Below the pieces are notes generated by a model that had not been told where the DNA came from, ran no database searches, and saw only the letters and a list, made by a program, of their open reading frames with translations. The position numbers and the translations under genes are program-made. Below are positions 25,986 to 41,091 of a stretch of 64,000 bases of DNA, in pieces (the first letter of the stretch is position 1; each line of letters opens with the position of its first letter). The stretch is taken from contig JAAOMT010000128.1 of assembly GCA_016748015.1 (NCBI GenBank), positions 2,177,538-2,241,537 of the forward strand. Direction: 5' to 3'. This stretch comes from Geosiphon pyriformis uo1 (Eukaryota; Fungi; Glomeromycota).

Positions 25986-27380
25986 TTATTGCATGAAGAT
26001 GTTGTTCAAATTTTCCAAATAGATTTGATCATTCTCAAATTGAAGAAAAGGACAAACTCCCATATAATGGCCGAAATATGGACCATTGTGTGCATGTCCC
26101 CCCATAGTTTTACTACCTTTATTACATTGCTAGAAGATGATAATACAAGTTCAGCCTTTAGGAAATCACGTAGAAAAAAGGTTTATCAAGATTTCAAACT
26201 TACATCACTTTCTGTGTAAAATCCATTTTCAATTGGTCCATGACAAACGTACACTTGCTCATTTTGATAGCAGTCACAATTTGCATCAATCCAAACTTCG
26301 ACTGCGTGATGAAATAATGGAACTTTGGGCTTATCTATCGGTAACCGTGGAATAATATCATCTGAGTGAGTGACACGAAAGGCTATTAGGTTTTTCTTAC
26401 TTAAACTGTTAAACCATTTGGCGAACTCATAATTTCCAATGGGAGGTTGTCCAAATGTAAAAACTTCTACTCTATCGTTGCCTTGTGTGTTGTGTAAAGT
26501 TGCAGCTGCAAACATTGCATAAACTAAAAAGTAAAAATATCAAATTTCTCAGTGAATGTTCAAAATGACTCAGATTTTACAAATTTCTTACCACCACCCA
26601 GGCTATGACCAATAAATCTGACGGTATCTATTTGTTTATTTGATGTCCCCTGTAGAGTTTTTACAATTTTCTCCTTCAAAATTGTCATATTAGAAAAAGA
26701 ATTCCAGAAATTTCGATCCACTTTGATGATTGAAGAGAAGGGTTCGTAATTTCCAAGTGTAAAAATTTTATCTAACCATTCTTCACGTGTTGGATTAATT
26801 CCACTGAAATAAATGACCAAATCATTTCCATTTTGTTCATTTCTGGCGATAATCGATTTGGCTTTGATTTATGTTACACAAAAATCACGAGAAGTTAAGG
26901 ATAAAGTTATTCCAAAAATTTAAAAATTAAAATCACAAACAACGACAAATTTTTACCAAATACTCCTGGAGCCACTTCATCGCCATCTTTATTCTTCAAG
27001 CAATATGCCAAACTAGCATATGCAGCAGAATTATCAAGTCTTTCTTTGAAAAGTCTCTCATTACCACCGATAGCAAATTTTCTGCCTTTTTCGGAAGGTA
27101 AAGCACTAATTAATTTTGAGTCAAAATTTTTGAAAATATTTCTTTTCGTCTTGTTGGTGAACTTTAAAATTTTGAGAAAATCATGTGAAATATCAGATTT
27201 GTATGAGTTTAAAAGGAATTTATTTTTTTGGAGGGTGGAATGATTTATATTTAATGAAAAATAAAGGAAGTGTAAAAAGAATGAAAGAACCGTAGAGAAC
27301 GCTATAAAGATAAAAATTTTTTGGTTCCTATGCAAACTCTTAATACTCCCATTACAACAAGAATTTGTGAACTTGTGCAT
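25986..27380 (-). CDS. Class-3 lipase L3 (4 exons; the only copy with a full triad: GHSLGG, HSDDIIP, AHNGPY)
   Basis: N-terminal TM, YASLAYCL, GHSLGG, TFGQPPIGN, RVTHSDDIIPRLP, HHAVEVWI, final exon AHNGPYFGHYMGVC. Confidence 0.9.
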
Positions 27381-28599
27381 TGCTAACAGGAAACCAAATT
27401 TCGAATTACTTGATTTTTCATGACCTGTCCTTCTTTTTCATTTAGTAGAAATTAAGAGCGTGAAGAGATGCAGATGCTTTTCTATAGATCTAACTGTTTT
27501 CGAAACATGACCGGGAAAAACTTTTTGATAAATTGAAGAACTTTATACAGATTGATGTTTACGGGGAATTGGGTGTTTTTAAGATAATCAATTTCAATTA
27601 GTTCAAGAAGTAAACAATTAATGAGGTATTTTAATATTTAATTTCATAGATGTAAAGAATAATCGATATAAAAAATTATTTTAGACCATTAATTCACAGA
27701 CTTTTAATCAATGTTCAACTCGAGAAAAATTTTTGAGAAGCAAAAGTAAGTAGAAGCATTATGAAATTAAAAAACTTTGAGTAGTTTTTAACTTGAAAAG
27801 GTAATAAATTTCCATCTTAAATTCTAAATGATGGCGAAGGTTCATCTCGCCTGCTAATTAACTGACATTAATTAATTTTTTTTATCTGGATCAATTAGTC
27901 GATGATCAAGAAACTTTTTTCTGGACACATTGAGTAATTATTAAAAAAAAAAAAGGTTTTAATTTGTTTTTGTGTGCAAGATGACCCAACAATTTGGCTG
28001 ATCATCAGGATTTTTGAATGAATTCTAAAACAAATTTTCATTTATCCGTTACAAATAATTAACTACTTTCTATTTAAAGGAAATTTCAACAAAATTTACT
28101 TTCTTCTTGATAGAAAAAGACTCAAAAATACTTTAATACGCCAATACCAGAGTAAGGATCTGCTTAAAATTAATATGTGTACCATTGATATTTGGGAACT
28201 TTTTCGGAGAAATTAAAAGTTATCGATTTCTTTGGGGCATTAAAAACAATTATCGAGATAGATCTTGTATTATTTTGGAAATGGAGGCAAGTAATAATCC
28301 AAATAAGTGATCCAAAAAAATGATTATAATTTTTTCCCATAAGTGAAAATCGAGCCATTCAAAATGTATAAACTTTGAGGATGGACTTTTCGCAAATAAA
28401 TTGTGACTACTTACATGATAATCAAATTTACGATAATTTGAATGCTACTAGTAGATAAAGTTATGATCCTTCTCTCAAATTGTTCGTCAGAATTTAAGCC
28501 TTGAAAGAAAATGACACTTAACAAAGCTTCTTTACCACATCAATGTGAAATTTGATAGTATGCTGGATCAAATATAAAAAGGAGTATTCAATTTGGGGA

Positions 28600-29790
28600 T
28601 ATACTGTAGGCACCCTCTAGTCTAAAGAATAATCTCAAATGATACATAAAACTGGTACAATTTGCTACAAAAAAATAATTTTGAATAAAAAAAATCCTTG
28701 TTTCGTATTTTTTAATGGAAATTTGACATAAAATTTCTTACAAAAGTTTTTATCTAATACAATAGATGTTTTTTTTTTTTTTAAATTTGAGGCAAAGCAA
28801 AGAATAAACTTGACTACTATTGTGTAGTTCGATTTTCAATTTTTATCTTGATAATACAAAAATAGGTTTATTAAAATATCCAAAAACTCCCAAAAAAATG
28901 GAAACATAAATCACAAAAAGGGGAAATGGCAGGCGTAAGAAACTAATAGCTAACAATTCTCGTACCATTGATCAGAATATCAGACGAGATCTTTCAATTT
29001 TTTCAGCAAGATCAATCGATAGTAAATTAGGGGAAATGGGAATAAAAGTTTCTCGCCCAACAGCTTCAAGGCATCTGACAGCACATCACGAGTATAAAAA
29101 CAGCTTCCTTAGTACCACTCATGCCTAACTCAATTAAAAAAAATCGAGTTGCTTGGGCTAATTCTCATCCAAAACACAATTGGAAACGAACCATTTTTAC
29201 AATTTAAACTACCTTTCAACTGTTTTAAACACACAATCAAACATTTACATAAAGACGAAAGATCAATTCGTCCAATGCTGAAGGATAGACATAGAATTTT
29301 TGCATAGGCGGATTTTCTGCAAAAAAGACCAGTTTATTTTGATTTGAAAAAATAATGGATGGTAAATTTTATGTTTGAATAATAGAAAAGCACATGTCGG
29401 AAATTAGAAGAATATCAAGATTTCACCGAAACACACCAGTCGCATGGGGTAAGAATTTTCTTGAGAATAATATTCCTGGAGTTAATGGATCAGCCCTCTA
29501 ACAGTCCTGACTTTAATTCTATTAAAAAATCTTGTCAAAAATTAAATTATTTTAAGGAATTGGGACGATTTATGATGAAAAAATATAATGATATTCTAAA
29601 GAAATGATGTAATGATAAATTTTATTGGCGTTCGACTCATAAATAATTGTCATAGATTTCAACAAGTACTTCAGTCCAAGATATTAATTTTTTTAATTAT
29701 TGAACATAAGGAAATCAAGAGACCTAAATTTTTTAGATTTTTAAGACGTGTAAAATTTTTGAACTTATATACATGTGGTAGTGTAAAAAA
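28600..29790 (+). mobile_element. Degenerate Tc1-like (IS630-Tc1-mariner) DNA transposon
   Basis: Broken frames read GR.RKL, RVAWANSHPKHNWKRTIFT, PKHTSR and PSNSPDFNSIK.L (cf. WPxxSPDLNPIENLW). Boundaries uncertain. Confidence 0.65.
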
Positions 29791-31116
29791 ATACCTTTCC
29801 TACTTTTCCTATAATAAGTTTGTATCATTGCTTCTTTGATTTGGCTAGATTAATTAGAACAGAATTTACTGAAATATAATTTTCTTTAGATGCCTATTTT
29901 TACGGTGAAACGACCATGTTTAAAGTGACCTAACAATTTTATTACATTAACTAATAATTTCTGTTCTTATGAGATAATCAACTCATTTGATTTTAAAATA
30001 AATAAATAAATAAATTTAAAGCATGGAATAAGTTCAAAAATTATGATATTTTTTATCTTTCAAACTTCTCTTACATATTTTAAATTTTTTTTTTTTTGAC
30101 AGAATTCTCTTTGATGAAAAAAAGTGAAAAAACTTGAAATAATTGTCTTGGACTTAATTTCAAAAGATTCTTGAATGAATTTAGGTTTTTTATTATCCAG
30201 TTCCTTCTTTTAAAAGAGCAAAAATTCTTAAATTTAATGTCAATAAGATTGAAAAATTTTTTTCCTTGATATATTTTTCATTTTCACAGCAATTTTATCG
30301 ATCCAATTTTTTTCAATTTGCATTTGAACATCAAACTATAGAAAATATTACATAAGAATCAATTAACTTCTTTATTTTATTCATCATCAAAAATATTAAG
30401 ACTCATTTTCCTCCGCGAACTGAGATATTAATTGATAATGTAGGCCTAATATTCAAAGAAATTTAATATTTATTATCTCGGATTTAGAAATTTTTTTTAT
30501 TAATATATAATTAAGGCGCAGACTAAATTGTAAAGACTTTTCAGAAATTGATTTATATTTAAACAATAAACTGGAAAATCTTGTTTTAATGTCAAATTTT
30601 ACAATTTATCTAGTGTTTAACAATGAGTACACGGAATATTTTGTACCTTTCTATAAATTTTAAGAGAGGCAGATACATAATAAATTAAAACTATTACATT
30701 ATTAAAAATTTTTGACCTACAAGCTAGTAATCAATCGTTTTTGATTATTATAAAAAAGGAATCAAGTGGAACCCTATCTTCATTGTGCATGATATTAGTG
30801 GGATAAAGAATTGTCATATAAAATCCAAAAAATGAAAATGATTAATTTATTAGGTTTTCATCTGAGTCAATGTAATTTATGCACTCTAAATATCCGCTAT
30901 ACTTATTATAAAAAATTAACGAATATGAAATTCAGGATACGATAAATATAAATATAATTCCTAAAGTTTATTCGGGATATTGAAAACTCACCTCCCGTTG
31001 CCTCATGTAGACGAATTGAAAAGATTAATCCGTGATTCTGGACTATAAATAATTATATGCATGTAATCTTTGCATAAATAAACTTTTTATCCCGAATTTT
31101 GACTTTTTGCAATATC

Positions 31117-32523
31117 ATGAGTGAACTATTCAAAACACAAAATTTTTTCAAGATTTTAACTCATTTGAGTTTATACATTTACTCACTAGCAAAATCAAAG
31201 CCTATAAGAATAAAATATATTTTTCTTTTCGCTTTATTTTTGCGAAAAAACCAATCAAAAGCTTGGAATAATGAAGGCTTTTTTCAGAACACAACCCTAA
31301 AAAATGTGATAGTTTCCAAAGCCTTTTATCAAAGTTACACTAATAATAATAATAATAATAATCTGGGTTTTGATGCTCCTGAAATATTGGCTCAAAGGTC
31401 CTTAATCATAAATAATGAGGTTGACCCTTATAAAATCAAGGTCACGTCTATGGAAACTTTGCGTTTTTTGAGAGAAATGGCCATTTATGCCCGTGAAGCA
31501 TATTGTAAAGGAAGTGATGACGAGGACCGTTATTTCGAACCAATTGGTGATCAAATAATGACAAACTAATTTTAAATTTCTCAAATATTTTCAATCTTTT
31601 AATCAAGCTATTTCAATTTTTTCTATCACTCCCTCAGTAGGAGCAAATAGAAAAGGAATTATCCAAGGGGTTTACCAAATTACGGTTTTTATAATTTCGG
31701 AAACACTTTGGGCTAATGATATTTGGTCACATAAGGAAGCTCTGATACAATATGGCTCAGAACCAGGTTGGGGTAGGGTTGATGCAAAGTGGTTTAAAGA
31801 GTTTTTGGATCATGAAAAGAAGTTATTGGATGCAGCAGATCATTTAATTACAGATCCTACTGCAATTTACCAAGTAGTTTTTACAGGCCATAGTTCAGGG
31901 GGTGGTAGGTTTTCCAAATATTTTGCTGAAGCTTTTAAATGCAAAATTGATTATATCTTACCAAATATTTGTTATTGAAATTTTAAATTAGTTCTGGCAT
32001 TATATGCGGCTTTAGCTTTCAAAAGAAAGCATCCCTCAAGACCAGTAAATGTCGTTACTTTCGGATCTCCAAGACCTGGTGATCAAGATTTTATTAACCA
32101 TGTGACGAGCATTTTTCCACAATTATATCGAGTAACGAACTTTAAAGACTTTTTACCGCATATTGGAAACAAATATGAGGGATACAGACACCCGCACACT
32201 GAATATTGGATATCAAATGAAGAAGATTGTAATTGCCCAGAAGATTTTGGTCCAATTCTTTATAAATGTCTTCCAAAAGTACTTACATTGAATGGAAAAT
32301 TTATAGATGAGAATCCGGTAAGCTTTCTTGTAGCTTTATTATCAATGTTCCCATAACTTTGAGTAAGTAATTTAAGTTACTTTAAAATTGATGTTTTTAG
32401 TATTGCCATGGAGGAACTATACCTGACAAAGGAGCTGACAACATAAGATCAAATAAGAACCCATATTTTGGTATCCTGTTATCTTGTTCTGGAATTCAAG
32501 ATTCCATGTTAGGAGATATCTAA
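31117..32523 (+). CDS. Class-3 lipase-like paralog L4 (GHSSGG keeps Ser; catalytic His position is Asn, SNKNPYFG)
   Basis: MAIYAREAYC, FTGHSSGG, TFGSPRPGD, YRVTNFKDFLPH, YRHPHTEYWIS; 4 exons; poly-Asn in exon 1. Confidence 0.85.
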
Positions 32524-35473
32524 GGCAGGTTGATAAAAACGACTTTATTGCGAGATCTCGTCGTTAAAATTTAAATTTCTTCAAAAATTTACATAGAATG
32601 CCGTATGTTAAAGGCTAATTTTAAATCAAGAATACATTATATGAAAGAAACAGATACCGCAAAAAAAAATGATGTTTGCCTATCATTTAACCATTCTCTT
32701 AAAAGATTACACTGTGATATGATTGGCCAATTGTTAATTTTTGTTCAATCATTATAAATTTACCCTGTATTGACCCTGAATTTAAAATTTCAAGCTTAAA
32801 CCCAATTGAAGGCTTGCAAACCTTTTTTTGAAAGCAGTTGATTTACTTATTATTAAAATTTTAATTTGTTAGAAATTCTATTAACGTATGAATGTTTTTA
32901 TATTGTAGTCTTATGATTTTTCCTAATAATCTTCGCAGCTGTTGGGAATATAAAACCCCTTACTGACCTACCACGTTGAATGTGAATTTCTTTTTTTTAT
33001 TTAGGTCCATGATAGATATTAAATCAAAGAAAAAAAAATGTGTACAAAAATATCTAAATTTAAATGACAAAAGACCCCTTCAATATTGTTAAATAACATA
33101 TGCTCTCTAATATTCAATCACATTAAATTTAATGTTTTGCCAGGATCTCACGGAGGACGATGTATCGTTTGAAAATCATCATTTCTTTCACAACATAAAT
33201 CAAATGGCTACTTTTCGTAAAGATTCACAAATTTTCAAACAAAATGTTATTTTTTCTGAAAAACTCGAGTTCTCAAATAGGCTACTATTTAGACCGATAT
33301 TCCCCAATACGTACGATTTTCCAAAATTCAAATAAAAGCATGTTTCATAAATTTAAATTTGAGGCATCTCGGCTTCTTCTTTGCTGCTTATTTTTACATT
33401 CGAGCTTGGGGATTCAAATAATTTACAACAAATATTTCAAAGTCAAAAAACAAAAGTTTCTTTTATTCCCCAATATCTTATCTTGATTAAAATATCGGTG
33501 ATACTTAACTTTATTTTTTTATTGATCTGTTGGGTTTTCAAAAAAATCATGATGATATAAAATTTATTGCTCGTGAACCAAGATATAAGAAACCAAATAT
33601 CCAAATTTATTTTATATTCAATTTTAACAATTAAATTCTTCCAAAAACTTTTTACACATTTATTCTGATATATTTCAAATTTATGAATCATTTTCGGCCA
33701 CATTTTAAAAATATCAAAATTCTAAAAGTAACTTTACTTTATTTTAAAAATTTTTCAAAAGATAAAACTGATTCAGTTTATTTAGATTATCATGTATTTT
33801 CCCGATATGATTGAATTTTATTTAGTTCAACATGGTCAGTGCGCGCTTTATAAGACAATTGGGATTAGATATTTAAATTGGAACTATTTACTTGTGAACC
33901 TTTGGATCTGCTATCTTACAGAGATTTGCAATGTGTTGAGGTAAATGTAGCTATCAAAACACCCGTGAGAGACAATAATCAAAACGCAGGGTTCTTACTT
34001 TCAACATGTCTTGAGTTTCATTTATCAAACTTTGCAGATTGTCGTGGAAAATTTATTCACCCATTTTCTTGTATTATCGTTACCTTTTGATTGATCATAC
34101 CATTAGAAGTTATTATTCTGAAAGCAAAACATTTCTTTGTGAATTTGCTCAGTAAAAAGTACTTTGGATGAAACAACTTCATTTTGAAATGTAGAGACAT
34201 TGAATATTAGCCCTTGTTTTAGAGTCTATTCCTTTTAATAATTTTAGCTTAATTATAGAATTAAATTAATTTTTTATTAGATAATAATTAAAATTTTATG
34301 CTTTAATTTCTAATTGGAAGAAAATAACCTATCAAAGTTTCAGTGAGCTCATAAAAATATCCGTGAAAAACTGGATTCTTTGGCTTCAAATCTAAAATAT
34401 TACTCCCCAAGGTAAATATGACTTAAATGGAAAAAAAGTAGGATAATCATGTAAAAACAAACCAACAAAAAGGCAATTTCAATTTCATGTGTGATACATA
34501 TTTTGCTCAAAATTAAAATATTTTGATTGCCCCTCGTAATACCCCAGAACTTTATGCATCGTACATTCCTCAATTCCCGGAAACCTCGAAAAAACATTGT
34601 AGTGTAACCGAAGACCAACTTTGATAAGTTTTTGAGACCCAAAAACAATTCAACCAGATTTATTTTTCAAAATATAAAAAATATTATAAAATGATAATTA
34701 AATAAGGAAATAATTTCTCAAATAAAATAAAGATAAAAATTATAACAAATTAGGATGAAATTTTTAACGATTAAATTCCCTCGAGTTAAAAAAAAAAAAA
34801 AATTTCAGGATACAATGAGTACCAAAGGTTTTTTCTAACCTGTTTTCATTCAATTTCACACTGACTCAGCTTATTTTAACCAGAATATTCCAGATCTCAC
34901 GATCATTGTTCCTAAAATATTAGAGGACAAGAGCAGGAAAGTCTCCTTTTCTGGTATGATACATTTGTTTCGAGGACAAATAAGAATAAAATGATCTTTG
35001 TATTTTGCTGTTGTTAACACGGGGAATTTACTCACCATAAGTCAAATATTTGATAAGATAGCAGAAATAGAAATCATTTAATGGGCATTTCTTATATCCA
35101 ACCCTGAAAGGCAAATATTTTCACAAACAACAGAAATTATATCGTCGAATGAGTTTTCATCGATCTGCATTGGATTTTCATACAATTGATCTGGCTTCTC
35201 TTGATAAAAAGGAAATATTCTGAGAATATTGTGTCCCGAATTCGATCTCGATCCACACCCAAATTTTAATTGTTTACAATTTCAAGAAACATCACTGCTT
35301 ATCCAAAAGGATTTTCATCATTATGAATACAATAGCTAAAGAGGTTTTATTTCTGATCGAGCTAGTTATAAAGCTAAATTTTTTTTATGCCAAAGATCTG
35401 AATATAAATACATGTAAATAGCCAGATATTTCATCACTGAAAAAAAATAAAATTTCAGTTTTCTTTTTTAGAG

Positions 35474-37007
35474 ATGTTTCCAGTACAAGAATTAAATATT
35501 TCTTACCTTTTAAAGATGTTATGTATCATCATTCGAAAGAAGACCAAAAGTCACTTTACAATTTTATTACTTTCAATAGCATGTGTAATTACAATCACAT
35601 TTACATTCAAAATCATCGCTGAGAAACAAACTCACATCAAAGAATCTTTATCAATACATGATAAGATAGAAAGAACAATAAATCAAACAGAAATAGGAAA
35701 ATATATCAATAATTTGACAGCTCATGTAGATAATCTTAATTTCAATCTTTCAAACATCCCGATATCTCAAAACAAAACCGCTCTTACACCGATCATTGCT
35801 CCAAGAGTCCCTGCAAATTCGAATAAATCAATAAGCCTAAAGAACCTTCAAAAAAGAATAAACCTTCAGACATCTCCAAAAGTAACTGGTGAGGATCCAT
35901 ACAAAGTACGAGTAAAAAATCAAACCACTATAAATTTTTTAAGAGATATGGCTCTATTATCAAGCAAAGCATATTGTTTGGCGGCTGACAACTATTTTCA
36001 CCACCAATTTCTTACAGGTTCGTTTTTTATCTGTTAATTACTTATTTGTTCCTGAATACTAAACATGATCGACTGATTTTTAAATATATTTTTTGGATGG
36101 ATCTTTGACAGCCGGTGTAGATGAACAGGTCATACCAGAAAAGCCAAATGTTCATCAAGTGGTGGTATATATTAATGCAAAACTAGGAAATCAAGCTCGA
36201 ACTAGGCAACGACTAAACAGATTGAAGCAATACCCGGATTCAAATGCTGATGCTAGAGCTCAAGTTGATTCAGATTGGTACACACTATTCAAATATGAGG
36301 AGTATGGATTAATATCCATGGCAGAAAAGAAAATGGTAAAACATAACATTATATATGAGGTCATATATACAGGTCATGCTCTTGGTGGGGGTAAGTCTTC
36401 TTTCACTTATTTAGTGCCATTCCATTCATTTTAATATTTAAATATTGCAGCAAAAGATTGACAATAACAGTTCCACTCATTCTTTCTTGAACAGTTATGG
36501 CAATTTTCGCGGCATTGGCATTTCACTCAAAGTTTCCAAACGTTATGACAAATGTAGTCACATTTGGTTCTCTTCGGCCCGGTAATCAAATATTTGCTGA
36601 TCACGTATCAACAACCTTTCCTAAGCTTTATCGTGTTGTGAATTTTAATGATTGGTCACCACATATGCCACCTGTGGATGAATCTTTTCGACATCCAAGT
36701 ACAGAATATTGGATTTCAAGAATAGGTGATTGTAATTGTACAGATGAATTGGATATACCACTTTACAAATGCTTCCCAAAGAAATGGCAGATGCATGGAA
36801 AATATATCAATGAGAATCCGGTAAATATCTTCCCATATTAAAAATATTAAATGCGTTTCAACTGACCAAAAATCTAACAATCACTCTTAAACGGTTCTTT
36901 AGGATTGTCATTTCAGCACGATACCAGAGAATAGCAATTTTTCGATAGACTCACATCAGGCGCCATATTTCGGGGTCCATATGGGGTGTAAAGAAATGAT
37001 GATATGA
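35474..37007 (+). CDS. Class-3 lipase-like paralog L5 (GHALGG, Ser->Ala)
   Basis: N-terminal TM, SSKAYCL, TGHALGG, TFGSLRPGN, RVVNFNDWSPH, final exon SHQAPYFG. Confidence 0.88.
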
Positions 37008-38192
37008 CAAAAATGTTTTATTGAAGAATTTTTATAGATTTAGCTACTATGTAGCCCCCAAAAAGTATTTATTTATAAGAACAAACTATTGCTTAGTTCT
37101 AATCCAGAGAGCTTTAAAAATCATAATAATAAAAGCTTTAATGTCTATCGTTACTGCCGCTGCGCCAGCTAGATATATCCTAGTATGATGGATCCTGTTT
37201 AAGATTTCACGTGCAAAAGAATGTTTCTGATATTGCGAGATGTATTAAAATCACACGATTTGAGTGTTAAACAGCCCCAGAATTGTCACAACGCTTTGCT
37301 TACTTATCTAGGACCACGTGATGATGACCATTACCACATGCAACCACCATACGAAAATCACTATCTGCACAGGAAAATCAAAGATATTTTCCTTTTTAAT
37401 AGGATAAAAGATGTTCAAGTGATATGATTCTTATCCTTGCAAAACATGTTAAGCTTCATATAATATAACTCACCTCGCAGTATTGCCTGAATATAAGGAT
37501 TACCCTTCTGCAAAAGCAACTGATACTGGAGGATTAAAATTTTATGCGCTTTTGGTTTTGGTTAGTGATTTGATGATAGCTGAAATATGGGGGATAGGTA
37601 GCCACAACTTGTCCACTTCAATTGGGTCCTAGGTTCCGCAATCATTAACACAACGAGGCCTGTTAATCATTTAACCACACACAAACTGTCCCTTGGTATA
37701 ATTACTCTCAAATTATTAAGTGAAAACAGAGTACTCACATTGAATCAAATCTCACGGGTATCAAGTAGAAAAGTTTTTTTCTTTGATTAATAATGGCAGT
37801 TGATAATCATCGATTTGCCCTATCACCTATCTAGTTTTTGACTACAGTTTATTCGTTTTTTCCGAATGTATTTACAGTTTTCCATAAAAATTAAATCAAT
37901 TTATTCATAAGACCTAATTAAGGCAAGAATTAAAAGTCATATATTCTTTTTAAAACTTCCCAATAAAGAACATTAAAACAAGATTTCATTCGGTCTCTGA
38001 GAAATTTTCATGAACCCTTTACTTTTAACAAAGCTGTAATAGCAAACGATTGGATTGTTATTTTTCACAAAATGATTTAAAGGTTTAGAGAGTTTTTACA
38101 AAAAAAAATATTATATCTTTACCCGAGTTTTATTTCTAAAAGCAGTGTTGTAAACATATCAAATCCTGGTATAATCATTGCCAAAATTAAAA

Positions 38193-39482
38193 ATGCATAT
38201 CTTGCAACAAAAACTAGAGATACGCTGGGATATCATGAAAATGTTAAAATCGTTTCAAATATTTATAATAAATTCTTTACTAGGGATTTTCCTAATTAAA
38301 ACATACTCGAAATTAAAATCTCAGAATGGGTTTGAAATCTCTTTCCAGAGGGCTTTCCTAAAATTCAACACTTTTGAATTTCTTCATAAACGATCTTCAA
38401 GACATGAAAGTTCAACGGTATTCGAAGTTCATGATATAGAAACATTAAATTTTCTAAAAAAAATGGCTATCTATGCCAGAGAGGCTTATTGTATTCCACC
38501 CAAAGGCCCTTTTACATTCATTCCTATTCGAGGTAAATACGAAACCTTGAAAAATATATAACGTTTTCAGTATTTTGAATGAGATCTATGACCAGTTAAT
38601 ACTTTTGTTTTTATACATGTATAATGGAAGCTGACTCCAAAGTAACGATAATCCTTCCTGGTGTTCATCAAATCGTTGTCTATATATTGGGCGATGAAGA
38701 AAAATCCAAGAGTTATTCATGGCCTTTAAAAAGTTCCCTTACTCCATACCCTAATATCAACGTTGGAATGGTTGATTCGATTTGGCTGAATTTCTATCTT
38801 CAGTATGAAAAATTTTTAATTGAGTTGGCAGAGAACAAAATGAAAAATCTTGAGGGTGTTTTCCAAATTATTTATACTGGACATGATCTTGGTGGTGGTG
38901 AGTTTTCATTCTGTATTTTGGAGCAATTTTAAAAACAGATTCTAATTTTTCATTCAGTATATGCGATGTATGCTGCTTTGGCATTTAAAAGAAAACATCC
39001 ACTGATATTCACAAATGTCGTAACTTTTGGATCACCGCGTCCTGGGGATGAAGTTTTCGCTAAACATGTAAATACTATATTTCCAAACCTTTATCGTGTG
39101 ACAAATATGGGAGACTGGGCACCCCAAACCCCGAATATCAAATACAAATATCGACACCCACACACAGAGTATTGGATATCTTCTCAAAAAAATGATTGTG
39201 ATTGTCCAAATACTTTCGGTTCTGTAGTTTATAAATGTCTCCCTACTTTACACTACATCAACCGATTGGAAACTACAGATGAAAATATGGTATTTAACAA
39301 AGTTTAAATCTTTGATTTGATTATTTTCAATTTGATAATACTTTTTCTATGAACAGTACTGCCTTACAAAAACTGAATTCAGTGACGAATTAGAAAATAG
39401 GCGTCATCATATCGGTCCTTATTTTGGTTTGAAAATGTTTTGTACAGGAAGTAGTGACTCAATGCTTCAATCGCTGTCATAA
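38193..39482 (+). CDS. Class-3 lipase-like paralog L6 (GHDLGG, Ser->Asp)
   Basis: YAREAYC, TGHDLGG, TFGSPRPGD, RVTNMGDWAP, final exon HHIGPYFG. Confidence 0.88.
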
Positions 39483-41091
39483 AAACAAAAAATTAAAAAA
39501 AAATACTTTTTGTCCACCTAGATTTTCCTTTTCCAGTTCCTCTTTATCATGCAATCCATATTAAATAAATTTTATTTTTAAAGACAATCTAATTAATTTT
39601 GCATACAAAAAAATCTCAAATTTAAATATTAACATCGTAGATGAAAACGTACCATCAAAATACATCTTATGTAATTCTTTTAGCTACACATACTTTTTTC
39701 TTGTGGTTTTGGCTTGCCGGCTTATTCATATATGAATTATTTATTTGATATCTCATTATTTGATTGTAATTATAAGATATGCTAACACAATAAATATATT
39801 ATTTACTTGCCTCCACGTTTTCTTGAAGGCATGAAATATTTACATGATTTAAAAGGTCATGTCCAATTATTTATCTTTACAGACTTGGTAAATTTTCTCT
39901 TCCATTGTAGAGTCAAGACTCAATTACGAGGGTTTCTCAAAGACGTATGTGTTAATGTTATCCATTATCACGCTTCAAAGTAAAAAAAAACCCCAACCAT
40001 CTCCTTCAATCTTTTTTACTTTATTTTACAAGATTCTTTGTTTTCATCAAAAAATGAAAAATTTTGTAAACCAAGATTTTTTTGATTTTAACATTGATTT
40101 GATTTGGCAAAATCCAATAATGACAAGTTAGCTAAATAAATAAGAAAATATCAAAATTAAGATATTTAGTTGGATGTTGTTAGTAAAATTATATTTTAAT
40201 AACTTGCTTAAGAAAATAAATAGACTTTGTAAAATTTGTTTATAATAACAGAGTAAAGTAAAATAAAATAAAATAAAAGATATTATTGTATTTAGAATAT
40301 AATTATGAAAAAATATTTAAAATTTCAACAAAAATATATATTTTTTCATAAATTTATTTAGGTTTTTATAATTAATCGTATTACAAATCAACAAATAAAT
40401 AAATAATTTTGTTATGTTACTTTAAAATATTAATATATATAAAAATTATAGAAAAAATTATAAAAATTTTGTTTTTAAACTCATTATCATTTTTTTCAAA
40501 AAATCTCAAAGTTTAACTTATTATAAAAATCATGTAAAAAATAATAATAATTTTATTATCTTATTTAATTTTTTTTAATATTACTTATTATTAATAAATT
40601 ATAATTATTTAATTGGCAAAATAACAATGATATACGCAATAATTGTTACTTTTAGTTTATCTATTCATAATATAGCTTAAGAGAATGCAAAAAGAATTCA
40701 TAATTACATGATTTCTTGGTAGCGATGAATCGCTTTTTGAAGAATATCAAAAAACTAAGTCTTTTTAGATTAAAAAAGTTTTAACATCTGATAGAAATAT
40801 TCTAAAACGAAAAGAAATCATTTTCTTAATATTAAATTAACCACTCATTATATTTAACATATAATCAGATGCATGAAAAAAATTTCTCGACTAGAATTTT
40901 CATTCTTGAAATATTTTTATTTGGGTCAAATCCTACATTAGTGCCTAGTCATTTAAGAGATTAGAAATTGTTCTAACTTAAAAAAAGATTATGCGGGTGG
41001 CATTATATAAATTTTTGCATGAATTTTTGTGAATGAGTCTGGAAAAAATTTATTTACTCAAAATATTATTGATTTTCTCGGAATTTATTCA

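Noticed and set aside
32900-35400. Short ORFs between L4 and L5 as an additional lipase copy
   Set aside because: None of the family motifs (AYC, GHxxGG, TFGxP, GPYFG) seen on either strand.
37140-37760. Moderately GC-rich patch, possible TE or gene relic
   Set aside because: No motif could be assigned.
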